NCBI GenBank assembly: GCA_963794215.1
Contig: CAWCCQ010000005.1
Location: 19,008-83,007, forward strand
From: an uncultured Acidimicrobiaceae bacterium
GTDB lineage: Bacteria; Actinomycetota; Acidimicrobiia; Acidimicrobiales; RAAP-2
Length of the DNA: 64,000 nt
Direction: 5' to 3'
The notes under the pieces were generated by a model, which had not been told where the DNA came from, did not search any database, and saw only the letters and a program-made list of their open reading frames with translations. How positions within the stretch are numbered: position 1 is the stretch's first letter; every line of letters starts with the position of its first letter. The translations under genes were made by a program, and so were the position numbers. Below, in pieces: positions 21,430-31,009 of this stretch.

Positions 21430-21990
21430 TCAGGCCCGGGTCAAGTACTCGCCCGAGCGGGTGTCCACTTTGATCGCGTCGCCGGGGTTGACGAAGAGGG
21501 GCACCTGAACCACCAGCCCGGTCTGGAGCGTGGCGGGCTTGCGGGCTCCCGACACCCGGTCACCTTGGAACCCGGGCTCGGTCTCCGTGACGGTGAGCTC
21601 GACTGCGGCGGGAAGGTCCACGCCGACGATCTCGTCGGCGTAGAGCTCGAGCACGACGGCGTCGGTCTCCTTCAGGTACGAGGCTGCGGACCCGAGTGCC
21701 GATGGCTCGACGGATAGTTGCTCATAGGTGGAGGTGTCCATGAACACGTACTCCGAGCCGTCGCGGTAGAGGAACTGCATGTCCCGCTTGTCGATGATCG
21801 CCTGCTCGAGCTTCTCGTCCGCACGGTACGTGCGCTCGACCACCGCGCCGCTGCGAACGTTCTTCAGCTTGGTCCGCACGAACGCCCCGCCTTTGCCCGG
21901 CTTCACGTGCTGGAACTCGACGACACTGAACAGGCCCTCGGGAAGGCTGAGGGTCATGCCGTTCTTGAGGTCGTTGGTGGAGACGGCCAT
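21430..21990 (-). CDS. efp: elongation factor P
   Basis: 186-aa ORF MAVSTNDLKNGMTL...EFQHVKPGKGGAFVRTKLKNVRSG..., with the full-length EF-P signature. Confidence 0.96.
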   Translation of the reverse strand: MAVSTNDLKNGMTLSLPEGLFSVVEFQHVKPGKGGAFVRTKLKNVRSGAVVERTYRADEKLEQAIIDKRDMQFLYRDGSEYVFMDTSTYEQLSVEPSALGSAASYLKETDAVVLELYADEIVGVDLPAAVELTVTETEPGFQGDRVSGARKPATLQTGLVVQVPLFVNPGDAIKVDTRSGEYLTRA

Positions 21991-22193
21991 CAGGCGATGA
22001 CATCCTTCGTGAGACTGGTCGGCGGGCGGTTGCCCTGCTCGGTCACTACCAGCGTGGCTTCGATCCCTACTCCGTCCATGCCCCGGCGGCAGACCCCGGG
22101 CTCGACGGTGACCAGCACGCCGGGCGCCAAGATAGCAGCGCCCGGCGCGATCCCCGTCGGTGCGTGTCGGGTCATCATCGTGAGATCGGTCAT
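21990..22193 (-). pseudogene. 67-codon remnant of an M24 Xaa-Pro peptidase (C-terminal end only)
   Basis: MTDLTMMTRHAPTGIAPGAAILAPGVLVTVEPGVCRRGMDGVGIEATLVVTEQGNRPPTSLTKDVIA matches only the final H-x-AP...PGM..T.EPG...G.RIE...VTE.G segment of M24 peptidases. Its ATG overlaps the aroQ stop (ATGA) and its TGA overlaps the efp ATG. Confidence 0.6.
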
Positions 22194-22669
22194 CGCAACA
22201 CGCTCGCAGCGGGATTCCCGGTCGCTCTCGACGCCAGCAGGAGGCTCACGGCGTCGATCGCCAGCTGGTAGCCCATCCTGCCGAAGCCGGCGATCGAGCC
22301 GTCGGCGACCGACGCGATCACCGACACATGCCGAAAGGGTTCGCGGGCCGCCGGATTGGACAGATGGAGCTCGACGACCACGCCGTCGAAGGCCGAGAGT
22401 GCATCGTGCAGCGACCACGAATTGTGGGTCAGCGCCCCTGCGTTCATCACGATGGCCACCGCCCGACCACGGGCGCCATGTACGGCCTCGACCAGCTCAC
22501 CCTCGTGCTGGGACTGCAGATGCTCGAGGACCAGTCCGTGGCGGTGCGCGGCCGTGGCGGCCGTGGCGACGTGGTCTGCCAAGGTGTCGGTCCCGTAGAC
22601 CGAGGGTTCACGCTCACCCAGAAGATTGAGGTTGGGTCCCGACAGGAGGAGCACGATCCCACCACTCAT
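22190..22669 (-). CDS. aroQ: type II 3-dehydroquinate dehydratase
   Basis: LLLSGPNLNLLGEREPSVYG, NAGALTHNSWSLHDAL and ELHLSNPAAREPFRH motifs. Confidence 0.95.
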   Translation of the reverse strand: MSGGIVLLLSGPNLNLLGEREPSVYGTDTLADHVATAATAAHRHGLVLEHLQSQHEGELVEAVHGARGRAVAIVMNAGALTHNSWSLHDALSAFDGVVVELHLSNPAAREPFRHVSVIASVADGSIAGFGRMGYQLAIDAVSLLLASRATGNPAASVLR

Positions 22670-23724
22670 CGAGCCGCTCCCATCTCTGCCAGGGTAGCGA
22701 GGACCGCCTCAGGATCGACCCCGCGCACCCGCTCCACGCCCCGGGGGCCGTCCAGCACGAAGGTGAGATCGTTGCGGGCCTTCTTGTCCCGTGCCATCGA
22801 CGCCAACAGCTCGGACGCCCGCAGGCCCCGGGGCAGATCGGCCCGGAGATCGAACCCCGACACGACGGCACGATGCACGGCCACCCGCTCGTCGTCGACG
22901 CGACCCAGTCGGCGCGCCAGCAGCGCCGCGAAGACCAGGCCGACGGCGACGGCCTCGCCATGACGGATGTCGGCCCCGTCACCGGAGCCGAACGCGGCCG
23001 CCTCCAGCGCGTGGGCGAGCGTGTGGCCGTAGTTGAGGACCATCCTGAGGCCGTCTTCTCGCTCGTCGGCGGCCACCACGGCCGCCTTCATGGCGACACA
23101 CCGTGCCACCTGCTCGTCGAGGTCAAGCGCCAGCAGCGACGTGTCAGGTACGTCCCCACAGATGAACGCGTACTTGGCCATCTCGCCGCGGCCGCAAGCC
23201 CACTCGCGCGGCGGAAGAGTCGAGAGCGTCTCGGTATCACAAAGGACGGCCGAGGGCTGCCAGAAGGCGCCCACCAGATTCTTGCCCTCCGCCACGTTGA
23301 CGCCGGTCTTGCCGCCAACAGCGGCGTCGACCTGGGCCAACAACGTCGTGGCCAGGCTGACGTACCGAGTCCCGCGGTGATAACAGGCGGCGGCAAAGCC
23401 GGCGACGTCGCTCACCACTCCACCGCCCACGGCGATCACCACATCGCTACGAGCGAGCCCTGCCCGGGCGAAGCGACGGCACAGCAACTCGATGGTGGCC
23501 AGCGATTTCGCCGACTCGCCGTCGGGCACCTCGAGCACCTCGTAGGGCACGCCGGGGTCCACAGCGGCAAACCATGGCCTCTGGCGCACCCCGGCTTGGG
23601 TGACCACGGCGGCGCGCTCCACCCCGCCGAGATCGGCCACGGCGCGGGCCAGCTCGTGCCGTGCGCCCTCACCGATCACGACGTCATAGCGCCGATCGCC
23701 GAGCTCGACTGGCACGGTGATCAC
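22666..23724 (-). CDS. aroB: 3-dehydroquinate synthase
   Basis: 352-aa ORF with GGGVVSDVAGFAAACYHRGTRYVSLATTLLAQVDAAVGGKTGVN and HGEAVAVG motifs. Confidence 0.93.
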   Translation of the reverse strand: MITVPVELGDRRYDVVIGEGARHELARAVADLGGVERAAVVTQAGVRQRPWFAAVDPGVPYEVLEVPDGESAKSLATIELLCRRFARAGLARSDVVIAVGGGVVSDVAGFAAACYHRGTRYVSLATTLLAQVDAAVGGKTGVNVAEGKNLVGAFWQPSAVLCDTETLSTLPPREWACGRGEMAKYAFICGDVPDTSLLALDLDEQVARCVAMKAAVVAADEREDGLRMVLNYGHTLAHALEAAAFGSGDGADIRHGEAVAVGLVFAALLARRLGRVDDERVAVHRAVVSGFDLRADLPRGLRASELLASMARDKKARNDLTFVLDGPRGVERVRGVDPEAVLATLAEMGAAR

Positions 23725-24305
23725 GAGCGGCCTCCGCCCTCGTCGGGCGGGGCCGACGAGGGCTGCGACGAACCCCGAATCCGCCGGACGGTCTCGTCGG
23801 CGACGTCGAGCGGATTACGCCCGTCCACGTCGACGACCACATCGGCCAGCTGCGAGTACAGCGGCCGTCGGACCTCGTCGAGACGCTCGACCGCGGCCGA
23901 CGGGTCGTCCCCCAACAGGGGCCGTCCCCGGCCGTCACCCAGCCGCCCGGCGAGCGTCTGGGGGCGGGCGCGCAACCAGACGATCGTGCCAGAGCCAACC
24001 ATCAGTTTCCGCGAGTCGGCATCGAGGACCGCTCCCCCGGCGACGGCCACGACCACCGGGGCGTCTCCTCCGAGGGCTCGACCGAGCGCAGCCGCTTCGG
24101 CCGCGCGGAACGCCGCCTCGCCCCGGGCCTCGAACAGTTGGGGGACCGTCATGCCGGCGGCCGCCTCCACCTGGGCGTCCGAGTCGAGGTAGGCCCAGCC
24201 CAGTCGCTCAGAGAGGATCCGCCCGATCGTCGTCTTGCCCACGCCCATCATGCCGATCAACAGGATCCGTTCGGGCGAGCCCCTACCAGCGCCCGGCGCG
24301 TTCAC
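23721..24305 (-). CDS. aroK: shikimate kinase
   Basis: P-loop [14 protein letters not shown] with DSD after it. It has 4-nt overlaps with aroC and aroB. Confidence 0.9.
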   Translation of the reverse strand: MNAPGAGRGSPERILLIGMMGVGKTTIGRILSERLGWAYLDSDAQVEAAAGMTVPQLFEARGEAAFRAAEAAALGRALGGDAPVVVAVAGGAVLDADSRKLMVGSGTIVWLRARPQTLAGRLGDGRGRPLLGDDPSAAVERLDEVRRPLYSQLADVVVDVDGRNPLDVADETVRRIRGSSQPSSAPPDEGGGRS

Positions 24306-25525
24306 GGTTCGGCGTCTCGTGATCCGGGTGCACCGCTGGGCTCGGGTGCCGCCGACGGCGTCTCACCCAATGACGAGACGAAGCCGTCCCGGTTGCGCCG
24401 AACCTCGGCAAGCGAGTCGCCACCAAATTTCCGTAGCGCTTCAGACGCGAGAACGATCGCGGTCATCGTCTCGGCGACCACGCCCATGGCGGGCACGGCG
24501 GTGACGTCGGTGCGCTCGCGAAAGCTGAGCGTGGTCTCCTTGGTGACGACATCGACCGTCTCGAGCACCGGACGGTTCAGCGTGGCGAGGGGCTTCATGG
24601 CCACCCGCGCCACGATGAGCCCCCCGATGGACATCCCACCCTCGATCCCTCCCGCCCTGGTCGTTTCCCGACGGAACCCCCCCGTCTCGGTAGCGGTGTC
24701 GTCAAAACGAATGGCGTCGTGCGCGACCGACCCCCGACGGCTCGACACGTCCCAGCCCTCGCCCATCTCCACCGCTTTCACCGCCTGGATGCTCATGAGG
24801 GCCTGGGCGAGGAGCCCGTCCAACCGGCGGTCCCAGTGCACGTGGCTCCCGAGGCCGACCGGCACGCCGTAGGCGAGCACCTCGACGACCCCGCCCAAGG
24901 AGTCCCCCTCCTTGGCCGCGGCCTTCACGGCGGCGACCATCCGCTCGGCGGTCGACTCGTCGAAGCATCGCACCGACGACTCGTCGATGACCCCGAGGTC
25001 GGAGGGAAGCGGGCGGACTGTGCCCGGGGCCCGAACATCTCCGAGCTGGACCACGTGGCTGAGGATGCTCACCCCGAGCTGGGAGAGCAGCGCCTTGGCC
25101 AGAGCGCCCACGGCGACCCGGGCCGCCGTCTCGCGCGCCGAGGCACGCTCGAGCACGTCCCGGGCATCTGCGAAGCCGTACTTCTGCATCCCTGCGAGGT
25201 CGGCGTGGCCCGGACGCGGTTGGGTCAGCACGCGTGACGGGGCACCCGGAGCTGGGGACATCTCCTCGGTCCACTTGGGCCATTCAGTGTTGGCGATGAG
25301 CACGGCGACCGGTGAGCCCAGGGTCCGACCATGACGCACCCCGGCCAGCAACGTGACCTCGTCCCGCTCGAAGCGCATGCGAGGGCCACGGCCGAAGCCG
25401 AGTCGTCGCCGGGCGAGCTCGTCGGCGATGTCCTCCACCGTGATGGCCAACCCAGCGGGCAGGCCCTCGACGGTGGCGACCAGCCCCTGACCGTGCGACT
25501 CGCCTGCCGTCAGATACTGCAGCAT
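24302..25525 (-). CDS. aroC: chorismate synthase
   Basis: [25 protein letters not shown] start, then [10 protein letters not shown] and [10 protein letters not shown] motifs; 407 aa. Confidence 0.95.
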   Translation of the reverse strand: MLQYLTAGESHGQGLVATVEGLPAGLAITVEDIADELARRRLGFGRGPRMRFERDEVTLLAGVRHGRTLGSPVAVLIANTEWPKWTEEMSPAPGAPSRVLTQPRPGHADLAGMQKYGFADARDVLERASARETAARVAVGALAKALLSQLGVSILSHVVQLGDVRAPGTVRPLPSDLGVIDESSVRCFDESTAERMVAAVKAAAKEGDSLGGVVEVLAYGVPVGLGSHVHWDRRLDGLLAQALMSIQAVKAVEMGEGWDVSSRRGSVAHDAIRFDDTATETGGFRRETTRAGGIEGGMSIGGLIVARVAMKPLATLNRPVLETVDVVTKETTLSFRERTDVTAVPAMGVVAETMTAIVLASEALRKFGGDSLAEVRRNRDGFVSSLGETPSAAPEPSGAPGSRDAEP

Positions 25526-25591
25526 CCCATCAACCTACTCGGCCCCTCTGAGCTGGCACTCGGCCGAGGACTGGGCCCTGGTGGCGGTGCC

Positions 25592-26446
25592 TCAACCGTG
25601 GCCCGGGAGCCAGGCGTTCACGAGCGCGCTGCCCCACAGCACGCCGACCACCGCCCCGATGGCGAGTGCCGGCGCAAAGGGCAGCTTGGTCTTGCGTCCG
25701 GTGCCGCGCGCCGCCATGACCACGATCCCGAACAGGGCGCCAGCGAGGAAACCGACGACGAACCCCACGTAGACGTGCAGCAGTCCGAGCCACCCGAGAC
25801 CTGCGCCGATCAGCGCGGCCAGACGGACGTCCCCGAGCCCCATGCCTCGGGGGTGCACCCACCAAACGGCGAAGAACACGGCGAACGCTGCGACACCCCC
25901 GATGGCCGCGTCGCCTAGCGCGCGCCACTCCCCCTGGGAGGCCGACGCAGCGGCCAAGGCCACCACCATCGCCGCACCGAGCGGGTAGAGCATGGTCCGA
26001 GGCACGAGACCCACTCGCAGGTCGACCAGGGACAGCGCGACCAGGGCGGCGAAGAGCACGCAATAGGCGACCAGCTCGGGCGCCGAGCCGAAGTGCTCCG
26101 CGGCAGCGGCGAACAGCGCTGCCGTCGCCACGCTGGCAACCCCCAGCGCCGTTGGCGAGAGCGGGGCCGGTGCGAGAGCCGCCGGCGGCGTGCCGACGGC
26201 CGCCTGCCCGTCGGTCCCGACCTGCTCGGGTGCTCGCGGCGCGGGTGACGAGCCGGGCCGGGGCGCGGGTGACGAGCCAACCCGCTCTTCGACTCTGACT
26301 ACCTCGCTCGCCTCTCCGAGCGCGTCGCGCACCGGGGCGGCCGCCGGCGCCACCTTGCCGGCCATCGCTCCGAGCAGCGCCCCGATCACGAGGCCGCCCG
26401 CAGCGCAGCCGACGACAAGCGGGACGTCTACTCCGGAAGCGGTCAC
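25592..26446 (-). CDS. A24-family prepilin-type aspartic peptidase
   Basis: Polytopic membrane protein with SLVDLRVGLVP (first Asp) and GMGLGDVRLAALIG (GxGD-type second Asp). The N-terminal region contains a GSSPAPRP/GSSPAPRA duplication. GTG 26446 is chosen just after the upstream stop at 26451. Confidence 0.72.
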   Translation of the reverse strand: MTASGVDVPLVVGCAAGGLVIGALLGAMAGKVAPAAAPVRDALGEASEVVRVEERVGSSPAPRPGSSPAPRAPEQVGTDGQAAVGTPPAALAPAPLSPTALGVASVATAALFAAAAEHFGSAPELVAYCVLFAALVALSLVDLRVGLVPRTMLYPLGAAMVVALAAASASQGEWRALGDAAIGGVAAFAVFFAVWWVHPRGMGLGDVRLAALIGAGLGWLGLLHVYVGFVVGFLAGALFGIVVMAARGTGRKTKLPFAPALAIGAVVGVLWGSALVNAWLPGHG

Positions 26447-26450
26447 CCGA

Positions 26451-27075
26451 TCAGAAGTACGGGTTCTCGCCGCCACCGTGGTCGGTGACGTCGATGACCC
26501 CGGTGAGCTCGGCGATCTCGTCTCGCAGCGTCGCCTCGATGCCCTGCGTCAGGGTCATCCTGGACATCGCGCAGCCCTGGCAACCCCCAGAGAGTCGGAC
26601 GTAGGCCACCCGATCGTGCTCGTCCAACCCGACGAGAATCCGCCCGACCACCGTGCCCGGCGATCGACGGGTTCACCGACGACTCCAAGACGGCGATCAC
26701 CCGCTGAGCAAGCTCGCCGTCCATTCCCGTGGCAAGCACCTCGGGCGGTACGCCCGGTGCCAACTCCTCGGGCCCGGGGCGGTTCGGGTTGACCAGGACC
26801 AGCCCCCCCTCGCTCTCTTCGGTCCATTCGAGCCGTGCTCCAGTCAATGGCCGTACGCTGCCCGCGGGAACGACCACCGCCAGCTGCTCGTCGCGGGTGA
26901 CCACGTCGTCGGGTCCGGCGTGCCGCAGCGCCTTGAAGTACACGTCGTAGGCGTAGGCGGCGCCCTCAACCCCGCTGACCTCGAGCCACAGCGCGAGCGT
27001 CGGATCCCGCTCGGCGGCCAGCGCGCCTTGCACGACCTCTTTGGCCTCGGGAGTAATGGTCACCATCGGACACAT
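26451..27075 (-). pseudogene. Nfu/NifU-type Fe-S cluster assembly protein (IscA-like N-domain plus Nfu C-domain), one apparent frameshift as assembled
   Basis: The N-terminal part (VTITPEAKEVVQ...VNPSIAGHGGRAD) lies in the frame of ORF 26443..27075. The C-terminal part (LVGLDEHDRVAYVRLSGGCQGCAMSRMTLTQGIE..) lies in the frame of ORF 26451..26651. The frames join at GAT(T)CTC, about 26637. Confidence 0.68.
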
Positions 27076-27161
27076 CCTACGAGAGCCGAGCCGATAAGCC
27101 GTGCTTCTTGCGAGTCCTGCGTCGTCGAGTTAGGCACGGGTTCGGGGTCGCCACGAGGCGG

Positions 27162-28013
27162 TCAGTCCGTCACCTCCACCCGGCCGTGGCGCAAGACGAC
27201 GTTTCCGGACGACGTTGCTTCGAAGGCATAGCTTCGCAAGCCGGCCTCCGTCCTCCCCGCGTCGTAGACCGCCACCTCGATGTCGTCGCCGGGGAACGTG
27301 GGCGACGTGAACCGCACCGCGACCCGCCGCACGCGCGTCGGGTCCCCCCCAGCCGCCAGCTCGATCAGGCCCCGACTGGTCACCCCAAGGGTGCACAAAC
27401 CCTGGTTGAACTTCTTGGGGAAGCCGATGCTCACGGCCGCCTTGTGGCTTACGTGGATTCTGGCCCGGTCGCCCGACGCTCCGGCGTAGCGAAACGTCTG
27501 GTCCCTGGTCGTCGCCAGTTGCATCGTGCCGACCAGCTGGGCGCGCGCCTCGTCGGGGAAGGCGTGCTCCGGCGCGCTCGGCCCTTGGTCGCCGCCCGTG
27601 ACCTCTCCCATCATCATCGAGGACCAGTACTGCTCGAGCACCGGCCGCCCCTCGTCGTCCGAGCTGAGCAGCCGCACGAAGATGTTCATCCCCGCCTTGC
27701 TCGTGACGACGCAGTACCGCTCTGCGGTCGTGTGGAGGTCCATCCCCGGCTCGATCGGACGGAGGATCCGCAGGTCGTGCTCGCCATGTACGCCACCGCG
27801 GGCACCCGCGCCGGCGGCCGGCGGTAGGGGCGCCACGCCGGTGAAGGCGGCGAAGACCGGGACGACCGCGTAGATCGGCGGGGTTGCCTTTCCTTCGAGA
27901 TAGGCCGGATTGGGGTCGTTGGTCGCCAATGCGTAGGCCACGATCTCGTCGGGATCACAAAAGCTCGTCAACGGACCGATCGGATCGCCAAGGGGAACCA
28001 GGGTGCTGTCCAT
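27162..28013 (-). CDS. MaoC-family (double hot-dog) dehydratase
   Basis: 283 aa from ATG 28013. The two-lobed hot-dog pattern includes DPNPAYL..., YAGASGDRARIHV and FPKKFNQGLCT. Confidence 0.72.
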   Translation of the reverse strand: MDSTLVPLGDPIGPLTSFCDPDEIVAYALATNDPNPAYLEGKATPPIYAVVPVFAAFTGVAPLPPAAGAGARGGVHGEHDLRILRPIEPGMDLHTTAERYCVVTSKAGMNIFVRLLSSDDEGRPVLEQYWSSMMMGEVTGGDQGPSAPEHAFPDEARAQLVGTMQLATTRDQTFRYAGASGDRARIHVSHKAAVSIGFPKKFNQGLCTLGVTSRGLIELAAGGDPTRVRRVAVRFTSPTFPGDDIEVAVYDAGRTEAGLRSYAFEATSSGNVVLRHGRVEVTD

Positions 28014-28243
28014 GTCACTCACGCTCTCGTATCGGGGCGGGCTCGAACCGCCGCTTCGATCGGTCAAGGACCGCTCAACGCGCAGGCGACCCGGCGAGGA
28101 CGCCCGGACGACGAGGCCCTCGTGCCCGCGCACTGCCAGCGAGGCCGGCCCATTGGTCGTGCCCCTTCCTGCTTCGGCGCGAGATGTTATGCGCCGCGTC
28201 GACGCTGCCGTCGTGACCAGACCAGCGAGTCAGGCGGATAGGG

Positions 28244-29027
28244 TTGCGGGTCGTGGCCGAACCCGATCTTCCTCTCGACGCACACGAGTGGGTGAGCTTC
28301 GAGGATGAGGACGAGGAACGGACCTGGACCTTCGATGTCACGTTCCTGACGAGCGCGTGGACGTGCATCTACGGCAACGGGTGCCTCGGGGTCCTCACCG
28401 GTCCCGCTCCCGAGCTCGAGCACGGCTGCTGCTCGTACGGCGCGCATTTCGTCGATAGCGCCGACGCCGCGACGGGTCAAGCGGATCGCCCGGACCCTGA
28501 CTGATCAGGAGTGGCAGTTTCGCGACCGCGGTCTGAAGAAGGGCGTCGTCAAGAAGAACGAGCACGGCGAGCTGGTCACCCGGCTTTTCGACGGGGCGTG
28601 CATCTTCTTGAACCGTCCGGGGTTCGGGACGGGAGCTGGGTGCGCGCTGCACCAGGTGGCCGTGGCGCGCGGGCAGAACCCGATGGACCTGAAGCCCGAC
28701 GTCTGCTGGCAGCTCCCCTTGCGGCGCGAGGACGACGTTGCCGAGGACGGACACGTGACCTCCACCATCCGCCAGTGGGACCGGCGCCACTGGGGCGAAG
28801 GAGGTCTCGAGTTCCACTGGTGGTGCACCGAGTCACCCGAAGCGTTCGTCGGCGCAGAACCCGTCTACGCGCAGCTGGCGCCCGAGCTCAAGGCGATGGT
28901 CGGCGAGCGGACGTACGAGCGCTTGGTCGCCTACCTCGCGGATAGGGCCCGGCGATCAGCAAATCGAGTGGCGCTGCCCCACCCGGCGGTGCGCAAGGGG
29001 ACTAGCGCGTCCCCCGGCGGCGGCTGA
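28244..29027 (+). pseudogene. conserved Cys-rich hypothetical protein, one apparent frameshift as assembled
   Basis: ORF 28244..28504 (WTFDVTFLTSAWTCIYGNGCLGV..HGCCSYGAHFVDSADAA) continues in the frame of ORF 28608..29027 (VKRIARTLTDQEWQF..DGACIFLNRPGFGTGAGCALH..DVCWQLP..EFHWWCTE). The shift is at the GGG run at 28474-28476. I do not recognise the family by name. Confidence 0.6.
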
Positions 29028-29087
29028 GCAGCGGCGCCCGCGGCCAACGCGGATTTGCGCATCGAAGCCGGCGAGCTGGCCTCGGAG

Positions 29088-29297
29088 TCAGTCGTCGAGG
29101 GGGTCGGGCTCCGAGTCGTCTCGGGCCGGCGCCACGGACCCCAAGATCCGGTCGTACTGGTCTTCTTCAGCGAGGCACCACGATGCATGGACGTCCTCGG
29201 GCTCGGCGCCGCACTCAGGGCAGCGCTGACCCGACATCGTCACTGATCGCTTGAGGCTGCGCGCTTCTTCGAAGCGCCGATGGCGACCCTTCTTCAC
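29088..29297 (-). CDS. small hypothetical protein with a CPEC..WC motif and an acidic tail
   Basis: 69-aa ORF MKKGRHRRFEEARSLKR..QRCPECGAEPEDVHASWC... Third-position GC is high, consistent with coding. No recognised family. Confidence 0.4.
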   Translation of the reverse strand: MKKGRHRRFEEARSLKRSVTMSGQRCPECGAEPEDVHASWCLAEEDQYDRILGSVAPARDDSEPDPLDD

Positions 29298-29490
29298 GAA
29301 AGCTCCTTGCTGCCCACCCCCTCATCGCCTGAGGTGAGCGCCTATCGGACCGGCTGGTTGCCGTAGCCCCCGGACGGCTGTTCCCCTCGTTGGTGCCGTC
29401 TTCCGGTCCCGCCATTGTAGTCCGTCGAGCAGGGCCATCTACCGCGATGGTGGCTCCCGAGCGCCCGCCCCACAGCGTCCGGCATCCTCG

Positions 29491-29784
29491 ATGGCCACTA
29501 CGATCAGCGGGACACGCCCGCTGCCGATCACCGGTGCACCCATGCCCGCCTCCTTCGATCCCGACGAGATGATTGCCCGCTTTCGCCAGCGAGCCGACGC
29601 GGTGCGTCGTCGGGGTCTGCCGCCCGTCGAGGGCCCCGAGCGTCAGCGGTTGCGGGAACAGGCTCAGCTCGACTTCATGGACTACGCCATGCTCGCCGAC
29701 GCCGTGGCGCAGCTCGAAGACGGCATCCTCACGTTGCGGGTGGATCTCCGGCCCGCCGCTCCCGAAACGTCGGCTGACGGCTGA
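29491..29784 (+). CDS. hypothetical protein
   Basis: 97-aa ORF with coding-like codon bias; a possible internal start is at MPASFDPDEM. No recognised motif. Confidence 0.4.
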   Translation: MATTISGTRPLPITGAPMPASFDPDEMIARFRQRADAVRRRGLPPVEGPERQRLREQAQLDFMDYAMLADAVAQLEDGILTLRVDLRPAAPETSADG

Positions 29785-29808
29785 CAGCCCTCGGGGCGCC
29801 GCGCCTGC

Positions 29809-30453
29809 TCAACCTCCGTAGCTCATGCGGGTGTCCTCCATGCGGAGGACCTCACCAACGGTCCGACCTGCAGCCGACACACCCCTGCCCCCCACATCGA
29901 CCACCTCGCCCAAAAAGAGGACGTGGCTCTGGAGGTCGATCTGGTGACGCACCTCGCAATCGAGCCACGCCAGCGCCCGGGATAGGACGGGCGCGCCAGT
30001 GGTCGCGAAGCTGACCGACTCCCCCTCCAGCGTCGCCGGTCGGCCCGACCCACCCATCGCCACCTCGCGCACCGGCTTCACGAAGCGGCGCACGAGGGCT
30101 CGGTCGTCGCGTCCGAGGAGGCTGAGTGCGAAGACCCCCGCGGCCGACACGAGTTGTCGGGTGCGCGATGCCCGGTCGATCGAGACGGCCAGGACCTTCG
30201 GCTCGGTCGCCACCTGTACGACGAAGCTGGCCGTCATCAGATTCCACTGCGCCTCATTGTCGACGAGTGCGTGGCTACCGATGACGTAGAGCCCGGTGGG
30301 CAGCGACCAGAGGGCTCTTCGTCGGGCTCGGTCGTAGTCGTCGGCATCCCAACCGGCGGGTACCGGTCCGACTACGTGGTGGCCGGGGTTGTCGGCCGCC
30401 CCCGGCGGCGCAGCGGACTCGGCCGTCCGGGGGGCATCCGGTGAAACGGTCAT
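29809..30453 (-). CDS. flavin reductase-like (FMN-binding split-barrel) protein
   Basis: LPTGLYVIGS..WNLMTASFVVQVATEPKVLAVSI...VFALSLLG...LDCEV pattern typical of the flavin reductase domain. Confidence 0.72.
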   Translation of the reverse strand: MTVSPDAPRTAESAAPPGAADNPGHHVVGPVPAGWDADDYDRARRRALWSLPTGLYVIGSHALVDNEAQWNLMTASFVVQVATEPKVLAVSIDRASRTRQLVSAAGVFALSLLGRDDRALVRRFVKPVREVAMGGSGRPATLEGESVSFATTGAPVLSRALAWLDCEVRHQIDLQSHVLFLGEVVDVGGRGVSAAGRTVGEVLRMEDTRMSYGG

Positions 30454-30953
30454 CCGAAGATGCCGCCGCCGCCGGGCTGGGTGGTCGTCGTGGTGGGGAC
30501 GCCGTGGCCGGTCAGGGTGATCACCCGGGCCAGCGCTCGCTCGATGCCGGCGCGGGCGGTCGCCCTTTGGCGTGCCGACGTCGCCTGCAGGGTTGGATTC
30601 GTCGTGCCAGCGTCATAACAGTTGTTCGCCGCGGTCCCCTCCTCGCCGTAGGCGTTGGACAGAAGGACGGTCAGTTGCTGGTCAGGAGTAGGCAGGTTCT
30701 CGTTTGCCGCCTCGGTGTCGTCGAGAAGTACCGCGCAGACCGTGTGGATGACACCAGCATCCTGGTGGGTCGAGACGGCCCACGTCACCCGCGCCGCGTC
30801 ATCGAGCACGGTACCGACCGACTGGCCCATCTGGGTCGACTGCACCCACGTGCCGACCCGTTGCGCCGACGAGCCGACCTCGTCTGCCGGCGTGCATCCC
30901 GCGAGCAGCGCCACCACCGCCACCAGCGCCCCGAGCCCGCCCAGACGTGCCAT
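30450..30953 (-). CDS. putative lipoprotein
   Basis: From ATG 30953 the ORF reads MARLGGLGALVAVVALLAGC, a signal peptide with a lipobox (LAGC). It ends in a Thr/Gly-rich tail and has a 4-nt overlap with the downstream flavin reductase gene. Confidence 0.6.
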   Translation of the reverse strand: MARLGGLGALVAVVALLAGCTPADEVGSSAQRVGTWVQSTQMGQSVGTVLDDAARVTWAVSTHQDAGVIHTVCAVLLDDTEAANENLPTPDQQLTVLLSNAYGEEGTAANNCYDAGTTNPTLQATSARQRATARAGIERALARVITLTGHGVPTTTTTQPGGGGIFG

Positions 30954-31009
30954 CCGGCCGCCCCGACCCCCGCTGACGCCGTGGGCAGGCCCCGTCCCGA
31001 GGCACTGGC

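Noticed and set aside
28028-28073. A tRNA-like 3' half on the minus strand upstream of the MaoC gene. It has a perfect T-arm (GGCGG-TTCGAGC-CCGCC), preceded at the correct spacing by a 5-bp stem with a 7-nt loop (CGGTC-CTTGACC-GATCG).
   Set aside because: There is no 5' acceptor strand complementary to CCGATAC and no D-arm. The would-be position 37 is a pyrimidine. There is no intact tRNA, integrase or direct repeat partner in the window. At most it is an ancient tRNA or att-site relic. It is not a tRNA gene, and I cannot support a mobile-element call.
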